Part shown: positions 47,459-59,900 of the stretch, piece after piece
How the letters are laid out: every line of letters begins with the position of its first letter
Position numbering within the stretch: position 1 is the first letter of the stretch
DNA from: Podarcis vaucheri
Lineage: Eukaryota
Length of the DNA: 64,000 nt
Reading direction: 5' to 3' (one strand)
Assembly: GCA_965113315.1 (NCBI GenBank)
Contig: OZ220374.1
Translations under genes and position numbers: made by a program
The notes under the pieces: model-generated
What the model was told of the DNA's origin: nothing
Seen by the model: only the letters and a program-made list of their open reading frames with translations
Databases searched by the model: none

Positions 47459-50400
47459 ATAATTGGCAACTGGACAGCCACCTCTTTGTCTCAGGCTTCC
47501 TTTGGCCTAACCGGGCAGCTGTAGCAGGAAGCCAAATGAAGTCTAGACGAGGACTTACCTTTGGATCTGGCTAAAGGGAAACTGCTGGTGGGAGGAGGTG
47601 CTCCCAGTGGGAGGGTGTGTTTTCCCACCAGGCACAGAACTGGGGCTGGTTGGTTAATGACCCTGTTTATGACCATTCCCATGATGGGATAAAGGCCCTC
47701 TCCTGTGGGGCAAGCACTGGTTTCTTTCTTCCAAGGATTCTGGGACTGGAAAATACTCTGTGTTGGGGCTCGGGGGGTACCTGCTGATGCCACTGCTGCT
47801 TCGCTCTTTTCTGGACCCAAAGGTGGATTTTGGGTCTTTTGGGGCTGGGGAAGTGGGAAGCAGAGGGGGGCAATCAATGAGAGGACCACAGAGGTCTTTT
47901 TTAATACATTGAATGTTCACAACCCCCCGCCCTTTTGGGTCTTATTATAGGATGCTTGTGCACCCCTAACAGCTATCTCCTATGGCTTGCTACTTCATTG
48001 GTATAGTAGTGGAGTTTGCCGTTTTGAGGCTTTTAAAGCTGCATCCTTCAATAGGCAAACCACAGAACAGAACATGCCTATTGATCCTCCTCCTTATAGC
48101 AGCCAGTTTCCATGCCCCAACTTCTACTTTTCCATATTATTGCATATTTGCAATGTGGGGTTATCAATCTCTGGCAGCCACTAAGAGCCACGATTGTCCA
48201 TGTGGTCAAAAAGTACATCACTGCAATTTCGCTATAAAGCACCACACTGACTGAATGCAAAATGGCCTATGCAGATAATGTGTATTAATGAAAAGAACAT
48301 GAACACATAACAATACTTTACCTGCAAGCTGTAATTAGCCTTTGCCCTAATTAGGTGTGTGATGAGGTCAGCAGTGTGCTGGAAGTGGATTTTCTCTGTA
48401 AAATCAGATTAGGATCATTAAGTGCCAGAATAATGATAAAAACTGAATAATAATAATAATAATAATTTTAAACATGCAAAATGTGCTGCTAACAGATTGT
48501 GTTCGCAGAAGCCTTACCATCAGCAGTTGCATGAATGATCAAAAACTTCTGATCTTTCATGGACATCGCTTTATGTGCCAGTTTAGTAGTCTGAGATTAA
48601 AACAGAGGTGAGTTTCAGCATTTTATGTCCTTGCACTAATAGTTCTTTGAGAACTTTACTGAGCATGAAAATTAACCAGTGGACTTAACAACAAGGAGGT
48701 AGCACCTGCTGGGCTTTGGAACTGCCTTCCTATTGACATGCGACAGGCATCTTCGCTCAGCTGTTTTAGACGCCTGCTGAAAACTGTTACTGTTTCTGCA
48801 AGCCCACCCAAACCTAGAATTTGGATTCATAAAGGCCCTCAGGAGAGGCAGTGCCACTCTCCAATCAAATTAACCTGGCACTATTTTAGTTTAGGTTCAG
48901 GTACTGCTCACCATTTTTGAGATCTTGTATTATCCAACACTTAAATTTTTGGAAGCCACCCAGCGATTTATTTATTTTGCTGCATTGGAAGGCAAGATTT
49001 AAACCCCCTAAACAGATGAGCACACCTATGATAATGCACGAAACACAAACAGACACAGCCTCTGCCACCAGCGGATTCTCCTGCGATCCAAATTATGTGC
49101 CCGCAAGCAGCACCGAGAGGGCAGGGCTAAAAATCAAAGCTGTGTGTTGCATCTGTGCTAAAAATAGAGGCTCCTTCTGCCAGCTCCGTTATCCAAGTCA
49201 TTACCTCATATGCTTTATTGTCAATCCCTTGTAATCCTAAGTATCTTTCTGAAAAGGCCGAAGCTGAAACAAAGAAAGGGAAATCAGTGAGGCATTACCA
49301 AGCTCAGACCAATATTTCAAACAGCAAAATAAATAAATAAAACCAACTGTGCTTTCTTTGGCCTGGTTTCTTCTCTGAGGTGCTTGCAAGCTTTTTAATT
49401 TTGGAGGATTTTTGTCACTTTATTTATCTGGGCAAATAAAGATTTTTAAACAAAGATACCATTTTATCCTTTTGGGCATGTCGCTGGCCAAAGCTGAAAG
49501 GAATTACAGTGGTGCCCTGCAAGACAAATGCCTTGCAAGACGGAAAACTCGCTAGACCAAAGAGTTTTCCGTTTTGGAGGTGCTTCGCAAAACGAATTTC
49601 CTATGGGCTTGCTTTGCAAGATGACAACGTCTTGCGAGTTCCTGCTGGTTTTTCCCCCTCCCCCCTTTTTCTAAGCTGCTAAGCCCCTTATCAGCTGATC
49701 CGATCAGCAGATAAGCCGCTAAAAGCCGCTAAAAGCCACTAAAAGCCGCTAATAGCGCTAATCCGCTAATCCGTCAATGGGCTTGCTTCGCAAGATGAAA
49801 AGACCGCTAGACGAAGAGAATCACAGAACGGATTCTTTTCGTCTTGCGAGGCACCACTGTATCTGTCCCAGACACCACTCAGGTGCTGAGATTATAACTG
49901 GAGTTTGTCCCCAAAGTGCCATCTGCAGTCAGGCATGGGGAGGCCACCACCTGGGGAGAAGATGGCATTCTTAATTGTGGGCTCCTGATCAGGGAAATCC
50001 CTGCCTAAGGAGGCTTGCCTGGACTTCTTACTTTTTCTGAGGACTTCAATTTTATTGCTGCTAGTTTTATCTGCTGTCATAATCCTTACACTGTTTTGCT
50101 GATGTTTATTGCTTATGGATGCAAGCAACATCGAGAATATTCGTATGGAAGGGTGCCTTCCAAACCCAATGCGGTGTAGCGGTTCATGTGCCAGAATAGG
50201 ACCTAGGAGACCCGGGTTCAAATCCCCCCGCCCTCAGCCATGAAGCTCACTTAGATTCTCAAAGCCCATGAGCACTTGCACAGTGTGATTGCTGAGCCAA
50301 TGAACCCATCCATGTCCCCGTGTCTGTCAGTATTTACCATATAATCTGAAGTCCGTCAGTGGGGAAAGAGCAGCGCCACAGGAGAAGACAGGGTCTTTAT

Positions 50401-50941
50401 TCTCTTCTCCAGAAAGGAGGATGTAAGAGCTCAAGTAGCCTCCATAATCCTGAGAGGAAAGGGGAAGAAGCAACAAGATGAGGGCTGGAATGTAAAAACA
50501 GTCCTTCTCAGATGGAGAGAACGCACCACATCACAATGCTGCCCATATTGTAATACCTCAGGAAATGGAAATCCAAAAGGGAAAAGTTTCCAAATAAGCA
50601 GAAGATGCCCTAAACGGCCTCGGTCCAATATACCTGAAGGAGCATCTCCACCCCCATCATTCTACCCGGACTCTGAGGTCCAATGCCAAGGGCCTTCTGA
50701 GAGTTCCCTCACTGCAAGAAGCCAAGTTACAGGGAACCAGGCACAGGGCCTTCTCGGTAGTGGCGCCCGCCCTGTGGAACACCCTCCCACCAGATGTCAA
50801 AGAGAACAACAACTACCAAACTTTTAGAAGACATCTGAAGGGAAGCTTTTAATGTTTGATGTATTACTGTATTTTAATATTTGGTTGGAAGCCTCCCAGA
50901 GTGGCTGGGGAAGCCCAGCCAGATGGGCAGGGTATAAATAA

Positions 50942-50984
<43 letters not shown>

Positions 50985-53900
50985 TATAAAAGGCTCTTCT
51001 GTGGTATGCTCTATGTATTAAAATATGCTGCTTATTCACAGGGTGGGGGGTTGCGTAACCCTGCAGGTGCCTTTGGACCACAATGCCTATCATCCCTGAC
51101 CATTGGCCATGCTGGCTGGAGCAGATGAGAGTTGGGAGTCCAGCAGTCTCTGGAGGGCCACAGTCATTTTTGTTGTTTGGTTGCTTGAAATTACACCTAG
51201 AGATTTAATGTTTTAGGGATTTATTATTATTATTATTTTGCATTTTACTGAATATCAGTGTGGCATCCCCTTTGAAAGGCACACCAGCAAACCTTATGCA
51301 GGTTTGAATAAATTCCACTTACAATTCAACAGGCCGAGAGAGAGAGAGGGGGAATGAATATTATCCAGGAATTAATGTGTAAAAATAGAGGCGAGAGGGC
51401 AAGGGAAAGCAAAGCCTCACAACACAGTATTTTCTCCCAAACACTTGGCATCTTCCTCTTCCAAGGCAGGATTTACAAGAAAACACAGATTGATGACTTG
51501 ATTAAAAACCCAAGGCTCTCTCTCTCTCTCTCAGAATCAACAAGCAACGTGCCGCTGTTAAAAAGACGACCATAATAAACCGCAGACACGCTCACTCAAT
51601 CAAGATGCAGATCTAAACTCCTAAGCTGAAGGTGAAGGCTGAAAAGGCACTCACCTTTCCAAATACACCGACTCTCGACTTATCAATGTATGTGTTTTGC
51701 AGCATTGTGCTGAAAAAAAAGAAAGAAAGCAGGACAATTTTATTATCTTAAAGTAAGAGGGTGCCTTGAATATTGCATCCAGGATGCATTAACAGAGCAC
51801 AGGCAGAATTCCAAGTTCATATGCAAAAGCATCAGCTGCCAAAAGGCAGAGGCAACATTTGCTGTCCTGAGCAGACACCATGTTCTTTTGCAACACCACA
51901 TTTTAAAAAATGGAATAGTACAAATCATTGAAAAGCAACAGCAGCAATTTCCAGGATGCAGTTACAAACAAAACCAATCCCCCAGAGGATTCTTTCATTC
52001 ACCAGACAGCCTCCGTCTGGTCCTTTTCCTCGAAAACACCCAACCGCCTCTTCACGTCGTGGAGCAGCTTGGTCCCTTGGAAACCACTTCCACGCCCATC
52101 AAACTTCATCACAATGGCACCATGCGAGCTGACCATGACGCTCTCCCAGTTCACCTCAAACTTTTCCGTCACGCTCTGTGTGCCTGGAGTCCCGTCGCTA
52201 TAAAACAAGAACAAAGCAAGTGGTACCTCGTTACGATGCAAAGTGACAACGAATGGTTTAGGGAAGCAACAGGAGAGGAAGGAACTGCAGCTCAGGGTTG
52301 CATCACGCGCTGTAAAAGCAGAAGGCTCCAGCTGCAACCTCTGGGGTCTTCAGTTCAAAGAGCCAAGGCAGCAGGCGATGGGAGAGACATCTGCTCAGGA
52401 GCCACTGCCAGTCAGAACAGACCAGCCTTTCTCAACCTGGGTCTCCCAGATGTTAGACTACCATTCCCATCATCCGTGAATGGCTAGGGCTGATGGGAGT
52501 GGTAGTCCAACAACATCTGGGAAACCAAGGCTGAGAAAGGCTGGAGCAGATCCACTTAGTGCCCTCCATCAGCCCAAGTCAGCACGGCCAGTGGTCCAGG
52601 ATTTTGGAAGCTGCAGCCCAATCATCTGGAGGGTAACAGGCTGAGAAAGGCTGGAGTAGACACTACTGAGGCAGGTGGACAAATAGTCTGATATAGGGGT
52701 GGGTGAATCTGTCAATTTCAGGCTCTCATTTTTCCAACCCTAAATTCATTTCTCCAAGTTTTTATATCAGCTTGCAATTATTCTCATTTTTTTAAAGTCC
52801 TCATGAAAATTGACCAGCATCTGACCAGGAGCATTTCCTCCTCCTAATACACATGTCTAGATGCAATTTTGTCAAATATGCACATTTTTGCAGCACAATC
52901 TTCTCCCATATAGTGCGTTTTCATATACTGCTTTCACTAATACTACATGCACATTACCCCACAACATGCATTTTTTGTACACATTACTCAGCCGGAGGGA
53001 CTGCGTTTCAGAATTTGGAGAATTGCGAATTTTTGAAGGATGGCTGTGTTTCAGTTCTTGCTCTGTTTTGGAAAGTGCAAATTGGGCAATATTCACCTTT
53101 GAACAGAACTTCTCCTCCACTCCTGGTGGTCTGACCTGCTTCCATTGCTCCTTCCTAAGCTCAAGTGAATGCAAAATCCCAACTTCTCACATTTATGGCT
53201 AACAGCTGAAACAGCGGATTGCACATTCATAAAATGTGCATGCGCTCCCCTTACCTGGAGCTCATGAACCTCTTTGTACAAGGCCAGCAGCACGTTTTTG
53301 TGGGCTAGCAGGCACACATACTGTGTGTCTTCATCCTGCCTCTCCCACCCCCAAATACAAGTCCTGTCCAGGTTTCATTCTGCTGGGAAATGTGGGAGAT
53401 TGCCCCAGAGGCCCCGATGACAGTTGCATCTTTTATGCATTTCATGCTGCTTTCAGACACCCCTACTATAGGAAATCAGCAGGTGACATCAGCATCGGCT
53501 GGATAGCTCGGTTGGTTAGGGCATGGTGCTGATGATGCCAAGGTTGCAGGTTCAATCCCCGCATGGGACAGCTGCATATTCCAGCATTTCAGGAGGTTGG
53601 ACGAGATGATCCTCAGGGTCTCTTCCAACTCTATGATCTCCAGGCCAACTCTATGATCTTCCAACTCTATGATCTCCAGGCCATGGGCCTCAATGGATAC
53701 CCAACCATGTTGCTGACGAGTCCTGGAACTACCACTCTGGCTGAGATGCAAAAGCCCCTCCTCCAGAGCTGACACGCAAGCACAGGAAGTCAGAGGCTTC
53801 CTCTTGCCCTACATGTTTAATGGCTGAAAGGAACGGAGCTTATTTTTTCTTTCTTTTCAGGGTCGCAGCCAAACAGATAAGTTAACAGCAAAGTGAAGTG

Positions 53901-56900
53901 TGATATACCACAATGTGTTTCCTTGCCAAGCCAAGATGTCAGATTTTATTTTCTTCGGGCACATGCACATTTAACTTCTCGTGGCAGCAGCATATCCGCT
54001 TCAGATTTCAAACGGCAGTGATGGGTCTTTGGTGAAGCAGTGTGAACGCAGCAGCAATTTCATTTCGTCTTAAAATAAATTATTTTCATATCACCTTTCA
54101 CCCTGAGACAAAAAAGGTCCTCAACTAAGTGTGTAACTGCCAGTTACAACAGCTCCTCAAGCAATTTCATCACAAATAATTTTTTTTTATTAAAAATTAA
54201 AAAATTAAAATTCTATCTACATTAGGCCAGCCCAGCATGTTCTCACAGTCCACTAACTGCAACTTCCTCTCCCCCAAAAAACCCTTGCAAAAAACCAAAA
54301 AAGTTTAGGCCCCACTTCTGAAAATGCCCAGGCTGTTAGCTTTGTAGACATGCTGGGAGAAAGAATTTGATGGGAATGGTGCCACGCTATAAGAGGAAGA
54401 ACACCAGCCTAACCCTCAGTGGAGGAAGCACCCAGAACAGAATCTGAAAATGTATTAGGGTGCAGGCCCACTCTTGAAATTTCCTGGGCTCAGTCTAGCT
54501 AGGGCGGGAACAGCAAACCTGTTGTGTTGTTGAATTACAACTCCCTTCACCATACTTGACCATTCGCCACGATGGCTAGGACTGATGGGAGTTAATGAAG
54601 AGGGCTGCTAGTTCCCTGAGCCTAATTTAGGGCTTTGAAAGTTAAATTAGCACAATGAATTGAACTCAGAAGCTCTGTTGGTAGAACACGAGACTCCTAA
54701 TCTCAGGGTCATGGTTTGAGCCCCACACTGGGCAAAAGATTCCTGCATTGCAGAGGATTGGGCCCTTTCAAATCTATAATTCTGTGGTGCTATATATCTC
54801 AAATGCATCTTCCACCAAGAAAATCTTGCAGGAAAGGATGGGGATGTTTGCTGGATTAGTTTGCTGGATTAGGCAGCACTTAGTGATACAGGAAAATTCT
54901 TTTCAGGTTGGTTGGATCCTGTGTGTGGGTTTCTCTCTCTCTCCCTCCCCCCCCATCTCCCGTGCGTACAGCTTTCCTGATTTGCATTTATTCAACACAC
55001 AGCTCAGCAGTGCATCCTCATTCTGAGGCAGTCTAATCAAGTGTCGTTAGCTTGATGAGTACCAATCTTCCTCAAGCACTTGTATAATGAAGCACATTTC
55101 CCCAGAGATAATTTTTGACGTGGTACGGCAGGCTTCATGACAGAGCTTTTGTCCTCCCTTCAAGCCAGCTTCGGGGTGACATTTTGGAACACACGGGCAA
55201 TGTCATGCCCTCTTTTCGCTTGCAAAGGAAAAAATAATTGTTTGACTGTATTTATTTACTTTTCATCCTGCCAGCTCCACAATGGCTCAAGGTCACAGCC
55301 CAGGAAGGATTATGTGAGACCAGCCAGGAAACCGTTCAGACTCTGATCAGGCCCGTATATGTGGGAGAATTAGGCTGTCATTGAATGAAGGGTGCGACTC
55401 GTTTGTTGATGGCTAGCCCACTTTTGAACTCTCCTTCACATTCGTAACAACGCCTGCCTACGAATGGAAAGCAAGCACTGAAAAGGGAGAATATATTCTA
55501 TCCCAGCCCCCAGCTGCTCTGGTTTTCTATTTGCTGGGAAGTTCTTAACACTGGTGAGCATTTAATAATGTGAGTCTTCACCCCAACTTTATATTCTGCC
55601 TGTGCCTAAGTTCTGATGAACGGGAACATCATGGTTTTGTGCCACTGCTGTTTTCAATTAGCAAATATTTCTCAAGACCCAGGCAGCATGAGCAGACTGT
55701 GCCCTGCCAATGAGGGCAGTTGCTTCATGTAGTGAATTGATTTTTTTTAATAATATATTTATTAACTTTTCAAAGGTTATACAAAAAAACAAAAAAAATA
55801 CAAAAAAATACAAAAATAAAAACACATATAATTCCATTCACTTATTTTCTTTTAACTTACTTCTAAGACCTCCTCATACCTCCCCTTTTTGTATTCCAAT
55901 TCAAATTATTCATTCACCAAATCCTCGCCCTTAATTTTCACTTAATTTTACACCTTTCTTTCTCCCCCCCCAATTATCTTAATCATTACTGCTGATAACC
56001 ACTTAAATTCTAACCAACATCATTCTAACATTCACTAATTTTGTAATATTTCCCAGGATAGTCCTTGAATTTCTTCCAATCTTCTTCCGCCGTCTCTCTT
56101 CCCTGGTCTCGGATTCTGCCAGTCATTTCTGCCAGTCCCATATAGTCTATCACCTTCATCTGACATTCTTCCAGAGTGGGTAGATCTTGTGTCTTCCAAT
56201 ACTTTGCGATAAGTATTCTTGCTGCTGTTGTTGCATACATGAAAAAAGTTCTGTCTTTCTTTGGCACCAATTGGCCGACCATGCCCAGGAGAAAGGCCTC
56301 TGGTTTCTTCAGAAAGGTATATTTAAATACCTTTTTCAGTTCATTATATATCATTTCCCAGAAAGCCTTAATCTTTGGGCACGTCCACCAAAGGTGAAAG
56401 AATGTACCTTCAGTTTCTTTACATTTCCAACATTTATTATTGGGCAAATGATAAATTTTTGCAAGCTTGACTGGGGTCATGTACCACCTATATATCATTT
56501 TCATAATATTCTCCCTTAAGGCATTGCATGCCGTAAATTTCATACCGGTGGTCCACAACTGTGGTGAATTGATTTTTAAGGCTGGTAAGAGAGAGATACA
56601 TCTTGTCTATCATAAATGAATGGGAGTTGGGTAAGAGCAATGGCATTTGGTTGGAAAATTACCACTGGAAAATTTGCATTGAAAAGCAAACTGCCTAAAT
56701 CCTCGTTTTCGGAAAGAAGCAAACTGAAAAGCAGCCACCCTTCAAAATCCCAACTTTTCTGAATTTTGCAAATGCAGTCTTCCAGCCAAGCAATGTGCAG
56801 AAAAATGCACCCACTAGGCCAAAGCATGCAGATATAAATGTATATTTTAGGGGAAACAACATTCCAAAATGTATTGTGTTGGCTGAAATTGCTTGCAAAA

Positions 56901-59900
56901 ATGTGAACATTTCTCAAAACTGCAAAAGTTTATTACAATAAATTTGTACTAAAATGCTGAAGAAATTTCATGAGGATTTCTTTTTATCTTTCTTTTAATT
57001 GCAGAAATGTGGAGGACGGAATTGAGGACTGGAAAAAACAAAAAACTGGGAGAACCGGAAATGGACACATTTGTCCACTCCTTGTGGCAGAGCCCATACT
57101 TTTCATGCAGAAGGTCCCAGGTTCAGTGGCTGGCATCTCTAGCTGGAAGGATCAGCCAGCAGGCAATGGGGGAAAAAAGAGTCCTCCTCTCTGCCTGGGA
57201 GCCTGGAGAGCTACTGCGGGTCAGAGTAGACAATACTGGACCAGATGGGGAAGCCGTCTGGAAGGCAGGAAGATGGAGTAGTTGCCCTATGATGAGTCAA
57301 GCCATTGGTGCCCCCAGTGTCTGGCTGGCAGGGCAGAGCACAGAGATGCCCACGGGAGGCGGAACAGGAGCCAATGGCAGGCAGAGTCAACTAACTCTTC
57401 TCTTGTCTTGCTCCCGGCTGCGTTCTATAAGGGCAACACTGAGATAAGAATGGGGAGGAAGCTGACAGGCAGTGCCACCCTCTGGACTGGCTGAAAGTAG
57501 GCAGATAGGAGCTCGTTGAAAACAGAAGTTGGTGGGCAGTGCCCCCTTCATGCTAATGGGGCAGACTCCAATCTAGCTCAGCATTGCCTACAGCAACTGG
57601 AAGAGGCTCTCCAGGGATTCAGACAGATCTCAGCTCTACCCGCAATTGAAGCTGGGACCTGTTCTGCGTGCAGAACAGATGCTCTGGCCCTGAGCTATGG
57701 CCCAGATCCAGTATGGCCATTTCCTGTTTGCTGCAACGGCCCCTTGCTCCTCGCCTGCTCCATTCTGTCCTCAGCTACTCAGCTTTTGCCTGGCTTTGCC
57801 AAGCACTGCTCCACTCCCTAACCTCGTATGTCCAAAATCCCATGTTTCTCCTAGCAACAAGCAAAGCTTGGGTGCCTGGATGTCCCCTGAAAACGATACA
57901 ATTCATAATGTTACTCACACAACAAGAAGCAAGGGGTAGTGCATGTTTTCGGTGAAGACGGCCGGCTTTGAAATCTGCATCGGCAATTCTAGATAAGAGA
58001 CATAAGGAAGCTCTTAAGTTTGAGGAGGTTGTCATTATGCTGAATGATATTTTTCTTTTGCTGGTAACACGGCGGCGCTTCTCAGTGGGAACAAAACGGC
58101 GGTCCATAGACTAGCTTGGCAAATTACACCTTAACAGAATATCTACGCCTTCAAAGAGGAAACCTGCCCAGCGTTATCGAAGATGACAAGGAATCTGGAG
58201 CCAAGGCGCGGTGCGTCGCTTGGTCATGCACCAAACATGCAATCAGTGGCCACTGATATGTATTATTTCCCCCTGTAGGCAGGTGGACGAGCTGCAGAAC
58301 CGCAAAGCAATATTTTGGAAGCACTAGGGGAGGGAAAGAGAGATACTACGTGAAATAAAAATATCCCATGGCGAGGAGGAGAAAGCTGCTTTCCTCTTTT
58401 CCTGCTTTCAGGGTTTTTGAAGACAAAGGGTTCTTCTTGTGCATTTTAAACACCAGGGGTTTGATTGCAACTTGCCCTGGTAGAATAAAACGAAGCAGAA
58501 AAGACTTAATTGGATGAACTAAATTAAGAAGGCGCATTTGCAGGAATAGCACACTGGTTGAAGGAATGTCTCTTAGAAGAACAAATAATGGTGCTTCACG
58601 TTTTTCACCCCCTTGGGTGCATATTGGTGCAGACATAAAGAGGCTGCTGCAGGAGATTCTTCCTGCCTTGGTTTATTTTCAAAATGCTAACTACAGCGCG
58701 CATAGACAACATCCTGGCATTCAGTAGCCAGATTAGCCAATAGGTTTAAGCGGCTTGCTTTGCAATCTTCTCATGACACTCTTGCCTAATTAATTTATTC
58801 CATCAGACTTGCTAATAGATAGCTGATTTGTATCATTAGCCGCAGGACAGCCAACAACTCGTGGCTTTAAATATATTTAAACCAAGGCAGAGATAATTCA
58901 GCGTGTAAGACAGGTTTTGAACATACAGCTAGGCTCCGAGGAAACAGTTGTGCAATTACTGTCAGTATATATTTATGGCTCTGTCCATCAGCACATACCT
59001 ATTCCAAGGCTCAAAGCAGATGATATATTTATATGTCCGATCGCATTTAATGTGTCAAGTTTTTTTCTTTTAAATAAGGAGTTGGGAAACCCTTTGCATC
59101 CTACTGCAGTTCCTGCAAAGACCATCCTTCCTGAAGAAACTACTGTTGCTTCAGGCATAAAGCATTATTCCCGGGCCAAATAGAAGCTTCAGGGGAGCCA
59201 CCTTTGTCAAGTCCATGCTGGTGGGCAGGTAAGGGTTAACCCCCTTCCTCCCCACAGAACATGCTCTTAAATCTGATAGAGCCTCCATGGGTTTATTTTT
59301 TTAATTTGGGGGGTTTCAATTAAAGAGCAGGGACAAAAATACGTAAGACATAAAGAAAAGAAAAACCTTACTGTAATCATGAATCTTGATTTCTGTGTAT
59401 TCCACTTTGGGCATCTGTCTTTCTGCTACTGCTTTCTGGACCTTTTCATTTACCTCTAGGTCAAAGAGTTCTGGAAGAACAGGGAGAAAAAAATAATCCA
59501 AGATGTCATACAATGCATTTGTTAATTCTATACTGATAAAGAGCAGCCAATATATATATATATTTCATTATGCAAAACTGGAGGGTGGGAGAAGTGGAGA
59601 AACAGAAGCGCAGAATTTGCAAAATGGGCAATAACTAGTTGGAATACGATGGCCATTGGGAAGCTGACAGCGTAGGTGTGTGTTATGAGAGAGGTTCCTG
59701 GTATACCTCAGTTGGCAGAACATGAGACCCCTAATCCCAAGGTTGTAGGTCTGAGCCCCACTCAATGATCCCTGCATTGCTCCCTTCCAACTCTAGTATT
59801 CTGTGATTTTGTAATCTCTGAACTTTTTTTTTAGCACAAAGCAAAAGTCTGCTGAGTCTGCAGAAGACTGTCCTCTTCAAATAAGCTTTCTAAGAAGAGA

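Noticed and set aside
47520-47971. Possible solo LTR with several overlapping ORFs
   Set aside because: TG...CA ends are possible but I found no TSD or canonical polyA signal; not supportable without a repeat search.
51888-52487. 199-aa + strand ORF
   Set aside because: Antisense to a DPP6 exon and runs into a MITE; no recognisable product.
53492-53570. tRNA-like sequence
   Set aside because: A/B boxes belong to a SINE head continuing into a CR1-like tail; no proper acceptor stem.
53620-53685. Short direct repeats that could look CRISPR-like (also 35255-35345, 38670-38755)
   Set aside because: Eukaryotic tandem slippage inside or next to TEs; no unique spacers and no cas genes.
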